The notes beneath the pieces were generated by a model. The model had not been told where the DNA came from and did not search any database. It was given only the letters and a program-made list of their open reading frames with translations. Below, piece after piece: positions 54,992 through 64,000 of a stretch of 64,000 nucleotides of DNA. The stretch lies in sequence record OP889247.1; one strand, 5' to 3'. How positions within the stretch are numbered: the first letter of the stretch is position 1; each line of letters opens with the position of its first letter. Made by a program: the position numbers and the translations under genes.

Positions 54992-56083
54992 ATGGCTAAC
55001 GAATTTGTGCCTACTGTAAAGAGTCCAAGTAAGGATAATCTTTACGAAGAGGTAATGAAACCTTATGAAGAAGGAATGAATTTCTTCTTAAATAAATCTG
55101 TTACTGTAGATAACAGTGAAGTAACAGAAGAGAATAAAGAAACTGTCGCCGGGTTAGAGTCTTTGATCAAAACCTTTACTCAAGAAAACAATACTGCTTT
55201 AGTTCTTGATCTTGATAATGATAGTTTTATTAGTTATCAAGGTAGTGAAGGGTTTGGTACTAAAGTACGTAAAGGCATCGATGTACTTATTCAGTTTGTT
55301 AAAGATGCGGTAAGTTGGTTAATGTCTTTAATCAACAATAAACTCTTTAGAATGGATAATCGTTCCTACAGAGTAGCATCGCGTCGTAAACGCTTTGGGT
55401 TAACTCAGGAAGACGTTAAGTATCCAGCTGGTATGAGACGTCTACTTGTACCTAATAAGGTCACAGATGACGCTCAGTGGGTTTATGCTTCATTAGAAGA
55501 CGTTAATAACTTCTACCTTAAAACCGTGCAAGTTTACAAAGACCTAATTGGCCAAATTGCTAAGAACCCAGCTACCTTTGATCTACACCAAGCTATGAGT
55601 GATGTCACCACCGTAATGATTCGTGGTTTAGGTATGAAACAAAATGGTAAGAATGTCGAAGGTACTACAAGTTGGGTAACTGATATTCTTCCTGGTAATC
55701 GTTATTTCCGTTTTGATGCAAGTACTGATAATAACACTGATCGTGTAAACATCTATTTTGAAGATACAACTATGGATGTTAAACTTCGGTCACAGACTTT
55801 CTCTCCCACTAGCTTCATGATTGATAAAACTCTTGCTAAGATTAAAGAGTTGGTAGATAACATCAGGGCTAATCAGAAAACAGTTGGCGAGTTGTATCGT
55901 AAGTTTGAGAAAGAAGTTCTCCATTACGAAATGAAGCAAGACTATCAGATGACGAAAGATCAAAAGGATTATCTTCGTTGGTTAGTACGTATGAATAAGA
56001 AACTTTGTAGTTTGTCAATTCAGTACGTCACAGCTGCGGTAGATGTTTCTTTAGACTTTTGTGAAGCGGGGATTAAGGAATGA
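54992..56083 (+). CDS. Internal head protein, paralogue family
   Basis: AGGAG SD at ATG 54992; GLES and GSEG sites followed by the KGIDVLIQFVKDAVSWL helix. Confidence 0.66.
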   Translation: MANEFVPTVKSPSKDNLYEEVMKPYEEGMNFFLNKSVTVDNSEVTEENKETVAGLESLIKTFTQENNTALVLDLDNDSFISYQGSEGFGTKVRKGIDVLIQFVKDAVSWLMSLINNKLFRMDNRSYRVASRRKRFGLTQEDVKYPAGMRRLLVPNKVTDDAQWVYASLEDVNNFYLKTVQVYKDLIGQIAKNPATFDLHQAMSDVTTVMIRGLGMKQNGKNVEGTTSWVTDILPGNRYFRFDASTDNNTDRVNIYFEDTTMDVKLRSQTFSPTSFMIDKTLAKIKELVDNIRANQKTVGELYRKFEKEVLHYEMKQDYQMTKDQKDYLRWLVRMNKKLCSLSIQYVTAAVDVSLDFCEAGIKE

Positions 56084-56613
56084 TCGCTGATATTAATCTG
56101 ATAAATGAACGAATCTTGAAACAGTTGTTTATTTATCAATTAAACAAAGTTAATCACAGTAATCTTCAAATTGATGTCGATTCAGTCCACTTTGCTAAAA
56201 CTTCTGGTAATAAAGTTCTGCTTAGAGATAATAGTTCTCCAGCTGGAGTTGTTATTAACAAGATCTCTATTAATGATCTATTTGGTGAAGAACTTGACTT
56301 AAGTCAGTTTAAGAACCTGAAAGTTAATCACCAAATTAAAGGTAACTTTTACCCAGACGAACTCAATCGTGTTCTAAGCGATTTCAACACTAAGATGAGT
56401 AAAGTTACAGTAACTGAAGAGAACGACGTTATAGAAGGATTTAGAGGGGTTCCTGAGGACATTCTAAATGACTTTGTTTTGTTCTGTAAAGTTACAGGGT
56501 TCTTTGGGTTAAAAGCTAAAGATATCTCATTAACAAAAGAAGATAATGTTCTCACTATTGAGATTCCTAGTACTCATCTTCTTTTCTCTGGTCAACTAAA
56601 GGTTTTGGTATGA
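56080..56613 (+). CDS. Virion structural protein
   Basis: 177 aa, ATGA overlap; C-terminal HLLFSGQLKV resembles the SLGYYGEFKC segment of the 58066 protein. Confidence 0.58.
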   Translation: MIADINLINERILKQLFIYQLNKVNHSNLQIDVDSVHFAKTSGNKVLLRDNSSPAGVVINKISINDLFGEELDLSQFKNLKVNHQIKGNFYPDELNRVLSDFNTKMSKVTVTEENDVIEGFRGVPEDILNDFVLFCKVTGFFGLKAKDISLTKEDNVLTIEIPSTHLLFSGQLKVLV

Positions 56614-57155
56614 TTAACATTGACCGATATAAACAGCTAAAACAATGTTTGGTGATCTTTGAAGCTTTGTATTTAAAGTCTGTTGTAAAAGTAGATACAC
56701 TCGAGGTGGATCTTTTCAACCTTAGAAAAGAAATATTTCATTTGCTAGATGGGATTAATAAAGATTTCGTTATCCCAGTTACTTTATTACAGAACCAACG
56801 TTCCCATATTGACTTACGGGTCTTTCATTACAACTTTGACAGCTTGTACTTAAAGGTCAGCGAAGGTTCAGTTCAAGAAAGTTGTACTTTGGAACAAGCT
56901 TACGCAGAATACCCTAACTTTACTCCTTTGTTAGATTATTACAAAGAAAACAAAGAAAAGGGTGTTGTATTCGAAGATCTTAAATTTACAACTACAAAGT
57001 TGTTGAATTTGATCCATACTACTTTTAACATGTTAGAAGACTTAATTACTCGTAGAGATGAATTTGCTTCTTTTAACATTATCAATCTTCTTAAATTGGT
57101 GAATAGTCTACACACAGCAGAATTCATTTTTGAATTTACCAACGAATATGAATGA
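56610..57155 (+). CDS. Hypothetical protein
   Basis: 181 aa, ATGA overlap. Confidence 0.6.
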   Translation: MINIDRYKQLKQCLVIFEALYLKSVVKVDTLEVDLFNLRKEIFHLLDGINKDFVIPVTLLQNQRSHIDLRVFHYNFDSLYLKVSEGSVQESCTLEQAYAEYPNFTPLLDYYKENKEKGVVFEDLKFTTTKLLNLIHTTFNMLEDLITRRDEFASFNIINLLKLVNSLHTAEFIFEFTNEYE

Positions 57156-57162
57156 GGTTAAA

Positions 57163-58056
57163 ATGATTAATGTAACAACCCTTAACCCAGATTACGGTGA
57201 CCAGATCTGTGAGTCCATTGAAGATTCACCTGAGCTTCCTGTCACTCTGGTTAATGATCTTGATCACGTAGAAGAAGTACTAGATGGTTATTCACAACTC
57301 CTTTCTCACGACGAGATGGAACTAGCTAACCTACAAGGCTCTGAATGCTACGCTATGACCGTTCTTAAGCTTCGTGGGTACGAAGGGTGCGAGTCATGGA
57401 TGGAAACGCTTAAAAAGAGCGCTGAGGCTGCTTATAAAGCAATCATTGAAACACTCCGTGGAATTAAAGAGTTCTTCTTTGGTGAAGGTGAGAAACAAGT
57501 TCAAGCTGCTGATGAGAAAGCACAAGAATCTGTGGAAGCTTTAGCTGAACTGGATAAGTCAGCTCCTGTACCAGATGGTAAAGTTAAAGAACCCACTTCT
57601 TACTTTAAAGGTCTTGGTGAATCAGTAGAGCTTCAGAAGCTACTTGATGAACATCCTAGCATCAAACAAGTTATCGATAAGATTAACCAATCAGTTTCTA
57701 GAGTTGCTAATTCACAAACTGTAGGGCAACTTGGCGCTGTTTACCAAGATATCCGTAAGTCAGCTGCTGGTGCCGCTGAAGAACTTACCAAGAAGCTTAA
57801 AGAGAGCATTGGTAAGGCCGAGAAAGCAGCTAATGAAATGAAGTCACCTAAGACTGTAGCTGATGATGCTCCGCAGGAAGTGAAAGACGCAGCTAAAGCA
57901 GAACACAAAGAAACTGTTGACGAAGCTAAAGAAGAAACTAAGCAATCTCGTTTGATCGCAAGTCTTCGTAATAAAATTGTTACGGTTTTAAATGCTGTCT
58001 CTTCTAATGCTAATTCTGTTAAGGTAGAAAAGCCTGAGTCAGAATTCAAAGGTTAA
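57163..58056 (+). CDS. Internal head protein with acidic propeptide (phiKZ gp97-like)
   Basis: GAGG SD at ATG 57163; GSEC and GCES sites followed by the family helix and an A/E/K-rich body. Confidence 0.66.
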   Translation: MINVTTLNPDYGDQICESIEDSPELPVTLVNDLDHVEEVLDGYSQLLSHDEMELANLQGSECYAMTVLKLRGYEGCESWMETLKKSAEAAYKAIIETLRGIKEFFFGEGEKQVQAADEKAQESVEALAELDKSAPVPDGKVKEPTSYFKGLGESVELQKLLDEHPSIKQVIDKINQSVSRVANSQTVGQLGAVYQDIRKSAAGAAEELTKKLKESIGKAEKAANEMKSPKTVADDAPQEVKDAAKAEHKETVDEAKEETKQSRLIASLRNKIVTVLNAVSSNANSVKVEKPESEFKG

Positions 58057-58065
58057 GGAGTTAGT

Positions 58066-59067
58066 ATGAGCTTTAAAGAGCAGGTACTCTCACTCCTTCC
58101 TCCTGGAAGTACTTTCCTTCGAATGTTCTCTGTATCTCTTACCCGTAGTAAAGTAGAGTATCAATTAGGAGAACAGTGGAATGGTATTGTAATTGATAAA
58201 GTAGATTTAGGTAAACTTTCAGAAGTTATTCCATTTATCTCTTTAACTTCTACTTGTACTATGAATGATCTTTATAAACAGATTTCTGATCAGTTTGATT
58301 TAGGTCTGGTGCAAGGAACAGATTACAATGATTCCACTATACTTTTACTAGACGCTACAGATCGCTATATAACGTTACCTGTACTCCCAGATAGCCTTGG
58401 TTACTATGGGGAGTTCAAATGCCGTGTAAGAGCATCTGGTGATAGTTTAAACAGTTATTTCGGTAATCGTGATCTTACTACTATTTCTTTTGATAAACTA
58501 TTTCCTTTAACTACTTTACGTTTTTATCTTGTTTCTAGAATCTTCTCTCTACCTACTGGTAAACTCTTTTCTGATGTTGGATTAAGTTCTGACTTCATTA
58601 ACGAACTCGTTACTACTTTGAATAAACAGTTTCCTAGTTATTCTACCGAGTACTTACAAGAACTGTTACATCGTGGTCAAGTAACTGGTTTAGTTAATGA
58701 TGGTATCTCTGATCTCTTTGTATTTAAACTTCCTGATGGGAATGAACTCTTTGTTCGTTTCTCTAGTCAATGGAATGATCTTCCTAATGTTAATTTTATT
58801 TTTAACAGTGGAATTAATACATTGGATGACAACTCGGAAGGGTTGCTATCTGGAAGTGAATCAGTTGACTTGGAGAATCCGGTTGAGATAGGGGGAGTTT
58901 ATTTATATAAACAAGCATTAACGATAGTTAATGATCCTAATCCTTCTTTAACTCCAGAGGAGAATACTCTTCAATTAGAAGAAGAGATCAAAGAAGAAAG
59001 TATCATTAACGATAATGGAAAAGAGATAGAAATCATAGAAGAAGAAACAGTTGTTACATTCGAATAA
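58066..59067 (+). CDS. Virion structural protein with acidic tail
   Basis: AAGGAG SD, 333 aa; repeat unit of the type seen in jumbo-phage tail-associated proteins. Confidence 0.6.
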   Translation: MSFKEQVLSLLPPGSTFLRMFSVSLTRSKVEYQLGEQWNGIVIDKVDLGKLSEVIPFISLTSTCTMNDLYKQISDQFDLGLVQGTDYNDSTILLLDATDRYITLPVLPDSLGYYGEFKCRVRASGDSLNSYFGNRDLTTISFDKLFPLTTLRFYLVSRIFSLPTGKLFSDVGLSSDFINELVTTLNKQFPSYSTEYLQELLHRGQVTGLVNDGISDLFVFKLPDGNELFVRFSSQWNDLPNVNFIFNSGINTLDDNSEGLLSGSESVDLENPVEIGGVYLYKQALTIVNDPNPSLTPEENTLQLEEEIKEESIINDNGKEIEIIEEETVVTFE

Positions 59068-59077
59068 ACATAACGTT

Positions 59078-59113
59078 ACTCTACCTAACCATAAACGGTT
59101 AGGTAGAGTTGTT
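59078..59113 (+). terminator. Intrinsic terminator
   Basis: ACTCTACCTAACC-ATAAAC-GGTTAGGTAGAGT followed by TGTTT. Confidence 0.75.
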
Positions 59114-59120
59114 TACCCAG

Positions 59121-59129
59121 ATGTTATGA
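59121..59129 (+). promoter_or_regulatory. Candidate late (TATG-type) promoter
   Basis: ATGTTATGA between the terminator and the SD of the next structural operon. Confidence 0.45.
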
Positions 59130-59148
59130 AAACACCATATAGGAGTGG

Positions 59149-60666
59149 ATGGAGATGTTTACAGTTAAACTACCATCATCAGAATCGTATCGAATTTCAG
59201 TAAGACCTTCAGTGTTTAAATCACTAGCTCAAGAACTCTGTTACTTTAATCTCCATCAGAATAACCAAATCTTCTTTAATGGTGAAGCTGAAGTTTCTAA
59301 ATTGATTGGTGGTGAGTATAACGGAAGAAGAGGAAGTGATTTATCTATTGATGTTGGATATAACGATAAGATCTTTGTAGAGTTTGAATCAGAACCTTCT
59401 GGATTTAATGATGAATTAGATTCCATGAGAGGTGTTACTACACCTTTACTATGGCAAGATCCATTAACTGGTAGTAGTATCAGACCTATATTCGAAGGTA
59501 AACGTTATACAATCACCATTAACAAGTTCTTTAAGGATAGGGTTACTGCTGAGTCATTCAGACGAAGGATTCGTTCAGCGATCTTAGGAGAGCATTTAAA
59601 TACACTATTTGATCTAGATACGCACTTTCCTATTCCAATGGAAATATTAGCTTGTTATCAAGAGATCTATAACCGACTAGTTAATGCTAAAGCTGTAGAT
59701 CCAGTTAACAGTAACTTTATCAAATGGTTTAGACAAAACAGTTTAGTACCTACTGATTATATTAGTAACTTAATTGGTAATAATGACTGTTTAGTATTTA
59801 AACAACAAATGGCTGATAACGGAATTGATCACGGTGATATTCAAATCGCTAAAGTAAACAAAGGTCGTTACATTGGCCAATATGAAGTTAGTTGGAGTTA
59901 TAGTTATCACTGGAACGAACATACTGAATGGGAATTAACATACCCCATTCAAGTATATCAGCAACCAATGAACGTAGAGTGGATGCCAGATGACTTTGAT
60001 AACAATAAACGTAGTTATCCCACTAGACGTTTCCTAGAGTCTAAACTAGCAAGTATGGTATTTGATTACCTTCAAGACAATGTAAACAAGTATGTCTGTT
60101 TACCTAGTCAAGATAACTGGCGACCTCCAACTACTAACTGGATCTCTCCTCAATTACAAGTATTGATTAACTTAGAAAACGTTCAAACAGAACAAGTGTT
60201 ATTAAATGTAACACAGATTCAAGGTTTTGATTGGAATCCAACATTCCTCCATTTGATTTTGAAATACCATAAGAAAGTAACTAAACGACACAGTTCTCCT
60301 CTTAACTTTAAACTCTATTCTAATGACGTAGAAGTATTAGAAACTGACATTGAATTAAGAGAGAATGGTGACTTGGTACTTCTTAGACCAGGAACATTAA
60401 AGAACATCTATCGACTCACCTTTAACTTCGATACTGCTATTAGGTTATTTGATGATGGTTGTATTGATGACTTACTCAATGATCCAGAGTACGGTAAAGT
60501 AATTATAGATACACTATTCCCACAATACCCATTCCCGCCTGATTGGGGAAGTGGCGGTAAAGATGACTGGTGGAATATCTACGATAATGTTGATGTAGGT
60601 GATGGTGAACTAATCGAAGAGTTCTCATCATACATGATGGGTCTTGGTATTATCGCTTATCGATAA
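59149..60666 (+). CDS. Virion structural protein (phiKZ gp99-like)
   Basis: AGGAG SD, 505 aa; synteny. Confidence 0.62.
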   Translation: MEMFTVKLPSSESYRISVRPSVFKSLAQELCYFNLHQNNQIFFNGEAEVSKLIGGEYNGRRGSDLSIDVGYNDKIFVEFESEPSGFNDELDSMRGVTTPLLWQDPLTGSSIRPIFEGKRYTITINKFFKDRVTAESFRRRIRSAILGEHLNTLFDLDTHFPIPMEILACYQEIYNRLVNAKAVDPVNSNFIKWFRQNSLVPTDYISNLIGNNDCLVFKQQMADNGIDHGDIQIAKVNKGRYIGQYEVSWSYSYHWNEHTEWELTYPIQVYQQPMNVEWMPDDFDNNKRSYPTRRFLESKLASMVFDYLQDNVNKYVCLPSQDNWRPPTTNWISPQLQVLINLENVQTEQVLLNVTQIQGFDWNPTFLHLILKYHKKVTKRHSSPLNFKLYSNDVEVLETDIELRENGDLVLLRPGTLKNIYRLTFNFDTAIRLFDDGCIDDLLNDPEYGKVIIDTLFPQYPFPPDWGSGGKDDWWNIYDNVDVGDGELIEEFSSYMMGLGIIAYR

Positions 60667-60677
60667 AAGGGTTACAA

Positions 60678-61973
60678 ATGGCTCAAACAGTTATCGGACA
60701 AGTCCCTGAACCTGTCCAAGAAGAAAGAGCAATGGATAAAGTCTATCGACACTCCATTGTAGAATCTCATTACACACCCCATACAAGTTTACTTTCATTT
60801 GTATCAGGTTCTCCTACATTAGTTGAGTGGTACAGAGGTAGTTATGGTACCGACGAAGAACAACATGCTTTCACCCCTGACTCTATTGAGACATATAGTT
60901 CTTATAAAAGAATCAGAAATCTCATAGTTAAGCTAGATGACGGTAATGGTAGTTTTAACTTTGACCAAACTAATGCTCAATCTGAACTCACTTATACTGG
61001 ATATGTGATTTTTGATCTGACACCTAACAAAGGTGATCTTTTCATTAAAGATATTGGTGACGGGCGGGCTGGTCTGTTCAAACTTACTGAACAACCAGAG
61101 ATTCGTTCTATTGCTGCTGATAAGTGTTATTACTTTGAAGCTAAACTCTTTGGTGTAGTGACAGAGGAGATTGAGAATAACTTAAACAGTAAAGTTATTG
61201 AAGATCTTTATTACTCCAAAGACATTGCTGTAGCTGGCGGTAACGCTGTTCTCACCAAAGACGATACTCAGCTTAATAAGAAACTCTATGATTTCCAATT
61301 GGCGATTATGGATGAGATCCTTGGTAACCATTTCTTCTCTGATGAAAACACTATTGTTATTCCTAATGAAAAGAATGATTATCTCTACGATCCTTATTTA
61401 GCTAAGTTCCTCTCTTATACATTCCCAGTTAAACTACTTGGGAGTCGTAACAAGATTGAATTACTCAATGTCAACTATTGGGTAGATTCTGGTAAGATGC
61501 AAGAACCTCTCACTGTCTGGGATATGTTCTATCGTAATGGGTTTGATCATCCTAAACGGTTTAAACAAGATTACTTTGTTCATAACCGAAATGAGATGAT
61601 GAACACTCGTGGTTATGGTAATGTTTACTTTAGCAAAATGGATAGAGTAATCGTAATTCATAAACCATCTGCTATGGGACAGGCTTACGACTTTAAAGGT
61701 GGATTGTTACCACAAGGTGTTTACACCCCTCATCCATCAGCAGAGGGTGAAGATTACCAGTACTACTTCTCCAAAGAGTTTTACGAGGGAGGTGGCACTG
61801 AGATGGAACAATTCATCTGGAAGATGTTCAAAGATAAAACCATTGGCAAAAAAGAGTTGGTTGATATTCTAGAGAAATTCTGGGATTTGACACCAGTCGA
61901 TAAACTGTATATGAGCGGTATCTACGTAGGAGCCTGTAAAACAGCTCTGGTGACGTCGAGCGCTTATGTCTAA
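60678..61973 (+). CDS. Virion structural protein (phiKZ gp100-like, neck/baseplate)
   Basis: 431 aa; LTPNKGDLFIKDIGDGRAG resembles head-closure/neck-type beta proteins. Confidence 0.6.
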   Translation: MAQTVIGQVPEPVQEERAMDKVYRHSIVESHYTPHTSLLSFVSGSPTLVEWYRGSYGTDEEQHAFTPDSIETYSSYKRIRNLIVKLDDGNGSFNFDQTNAQSELTYTGYVIFDLTPNKGDLFIKDIGDGRAGLFKLTEQPEIRSIAADKCYYFEAKLFGVVTEEIENNLNSKVIEDLYYSKDIAVAGGNAVLTKDDTQLNKKLYDFQLAIMDEILGNHFFSDENTIVIPNEKNDYLYDPYLAKFLSYTFPVKLLGSRNKIELLNVNYWVDSGKMQEPLTVWDMFYRNGFDHPKRFKQDYFVHNRNEMMNTRGYGNVYFSKMDRVIVIHKPSAMGQAYDFKGGLLPQGVYTPHPSAEGEDYQYYFSKEFYEGGGTEMEQFIWKMFKDKTIGKKELVDILEKFWDLTPVDKLYMSGIYVGACKTALVTSSAYV

Positions 61974-61988
61974 CACGAGGTATAGGAA

Positions 61989-62651
61989 GTGGATCTAACA
62001 CGCTACAATCACGTTAGAGAGAACTTGGTGAGTCTTTACAAAACGATTACCGAAGAAACCTTTAACGTTTACATTCCAAAGAGTTCTTTCCTTACGTTGA
62101 AACAGATTAAACAAATAGAAAAGAACCCACCTATTAACGGAATGGAGTCTTACGATAACGTGATCGAACGTCCACTTTCTATCCTGCGTATGACTCAAGC
62201 CTTTTCAATGGTTGGGGAAGATGACGTTAACTTGGCATTCAGATATCCAAGGAAGGATATTCCAAGGATCTATAACTCCATTCAAGATTACATCATGTAT
62301 TGGTTAGAGATTAAACGTAACTATGCAAGATTTGATTCCCCTGGATTAGATGAATTAGAAATTCTTGAGAAAGTTGCTAAGTATGTTTTCTCCGCTTATA
62401 AGGAATACCATATTCAAGAAGTCAATGACAAGTTCGGTGTCGCCAAGCAATCTGATATGACACTGATGGATTACATCAAAGGCACTTGGATGTATGGTGA
62501 ACAGTTCCAAGAGAACATCTCATTTATAAGCCACCTAGCTGTCTATAGAGAAGAGAATAACCTTTCCCAGTCCCATCACATTACCCAGAGCTCAAGTGAT
62601 CTCCTACGTGATCTGATGGCTCTTAAGAACAGGTCAGGGATGGGGGATTAA
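61989..62651 (+). CDS. Conserved hypothetical protein
   Basis: GTG start with GAGG/AGGA SD, 220 aa. Confidence 0.62.
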   Translation: MDLTRYNHVRENLVSLYKTITEETFNVYIPKSSFLTLKQIKQIEKNPPINGMESYDNVIERPLSILRMTQAFSMVGEDDVNLAFRYPRKDIPRIYNSIQDYIMYWLEIKRNYARFDSPGLDELEILEKVAKYVFSAYKEYHIQEVNDKFGVAKQSDMTLMDYIKGTWMYGEQFQENISFISHLAVYREENNLSQSHHITQSSSDLLRDLMALKNRSGMGD

Positions 62652-62653
62652 TT

Positions 62654-64000
62654 ATGGGTTTAAACAGCCAAATAGAAGGTTTCTTAAAACAAGCCGGTAT
62701 TGTTGAAAAGAGATCTGATAAACTAATCGATAGTACTAGAATTAAAGCTGTAGTGATAACACCTAAAGCACAGTTTAAAGCATTGGGTGTAACACACTTT
62801 ACAGAAGTAGCGGATTTCATTTATAACCGGGCAGAAGTGGTAGCTATTAAACTAAGACTTCAGCCAAGTATTTATTTCGATCACGTTGTTCCTTATCGTG
62901 ATGATCTAATTATTCAAGTTATTATGGATTCAGAATCAGATATGGTGATACGAGAGTTTGTAGCTTCCCCTATGGGAGATAAAGACTTTCGAGCTCAAGG
63001 TAATAACTCTCAACAAGCTAACTTAGATGCTTTTGATGAAACCAATATGGTTGAATATGAGTTTCAGTTAATTGATAAGGGTTATAACGTCCTTAAGAAT
63101 ATTCCTGTATCTGAAAACTTTATGATGTGTAAACCAGGTGATGTACTTCCTCTGGTAATGGAGACATATAGTAAACAAGCTAAAATGCCAAGTGGGGTAA
63201 AATACAAAGGTCTGTATTTACACCAACCCATCGATAATCAGAATAACTATAGACAAATACTTATTCCCCAAGGTACAAGGTTAATTGATGTACCAAGTTA
63301 TTTACAAGCTCATGACGAGTACGGGATTTACTCTAAGGGGTTGGGTAGTTTCTATAAGCAGGGTTATTGGTGGATCTATCCGCTCTTTAATACAGAACTT
63401 GCTGATAAACATTATCGCCCTATCGACATTATCCGTGTCCCTCAGGATAAAATACCCACTCTTGATATGACGTTTGTTAAAACTGCTGATGCATTAACTA
63501 TTATCTCTACTGGTTATTCTGAACACAGTGATAACGCTGATGTGAGGAAACAAAACAGTGGTGTAGGTAAGCGTATAGTAATGGCGGATGCTATTGCTGG
63601 TGATACTGGTTATCATTATACCAAAGGTAGAGCTGTTACTACTAGAGCAGATTCTCTCCAAGAGTATAAACTATCAGATAGACGTAATGGTCAAGAGTAC
63701 ATCCCACTTGATCTGAATCCCACTAGTAACGTTTCTCTCCCTATGAGTGAGAACGCTATGAACGAAGGTGAGTTCATTGAAGTAGAATGGCACAACGGCG
63801 ATGTAGGGTATTTGGAACCAGGACATCCTGTTAAATACCAGTACATGGGTGAAGGTAACGATATGGTAGTAAGAAAAGGATCTTTGTTAGGTTATCGACA
63901 AGATCATCTTCCTATTACCAGTGGATTAGAACCAGATATGAAACGTGTCTGTAAATTACTTCTATTCCTCAAACGCCAAGAAAAGTATAAAGCAACATAG
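62654..64000 (+). CDS. Virion structural protein, probable baseplate hub (phiKZ gp101-like)
   Basis: 448 aa, beta-rich; WHNGDVGYLEPGHPVKYQY resembles hub/gpD-type C-termini; ends with TAG at the window edge. Confidence 0.55.
   Translation: MGLNSQIEGFLKQAGIVEKRSDKLIDSTRIKAVVITPKAQFKALGVTHFTEVADFIYNRAEVVAIKLRLQPSIYFDHVVPYRDDLIIQVIMDSESDMVIREFVASPMGDKDFRAQGNNSQQANLDAFDETNMVEYEFQLIDKGYNVLKNIPVSENFMMCKPGDVLPLVMETYSKQAKMPSGVKYKGLYLHQPIDNQNNYRQILIPQGTRLIDVPSYLQAHDEYGIYSKGLGSFYKQGYWWIYPLFNTELADKHYRPIDIIRVPQDKIPTLDMTFVKTADALTIISTGYSEHSDNADVRKQNSGVGKRIVMADAIAGDTGYHYTKGRAVTTRADSLQEYKLSDRRNGQEYIPLDLNPTSNVSLPMSENAMNEGEFIEVEWHNGDVGYLEPGHPVKYQYMGEGNDMVVRKGSLLGYRQDHLPITSGLEPDMKRVCKLLLFLKRQEKYKAT

Noticed and set aside
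2020-63470. Numerous 60-160 aa ORFs nested in or antisense to long genes
   Set aside because: They lack SDs and protein-like composition and are fully explained as alternative frames of well-supported CDSs.
1-64000. CRISPR array, tRNA or rRNA genes
   Set aside because: No regularly spaced direct repeats or cloverleaf/rRNA signatures were seen by eye; the repeated hairpins are dispersed and sit at gene ends. tRNAscan-SE and a CRISPR finder would confirm.

Overview
This window is 64 kb of an AT-rich, nucleus-forming (phiKZ-like, Chimalliviridae) jumbo phage genome, syntenic by gene order and protein size with roughly phiKZ gp49-gp101. It holds both halves of a split family-B DNA polymerase and the nucleus/non-virion transcription block (chimallin, nvRNAP subunits, ChmC-like, gp68-like, PicA-like, SbcD, SF2 helicase). 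It also holds a virion RNAP beta' fragment, early accessory genes, and a long late block of head/inner-body and baseplate genes. Main highlights: (1) a group I intron splits the catalytic NAD|FDGD motif of the nvRNAP beta' gene and carries an HNH endonuclease in its P1 loop. (2) A tandem Tad1-like + Acb1-like anti-signalling (anti-Thoeris/anti-CBASS) cassette sits just downstream. (3) A T-TTT-TTC slippery heptamer at 33221-33227 would fuse a 544-aa protein to a downstream SD-less ORF by -1 frameshifting, as in tail-chaperone G/GT genes. (4) Six aligned 34-bp early promoters occur, one driving an unannotated 47-aa membrane protein. (5) An early gene cluster shares a C-terminal L-[ST]-[PA]-E-Q helix. 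(6) An Lpp-like lipoprotein lies behind the vRNAP gene. No tRNA, rRNA or CRISPR array was seen. Homology calls come from motif recognition and synteny, not database searches.
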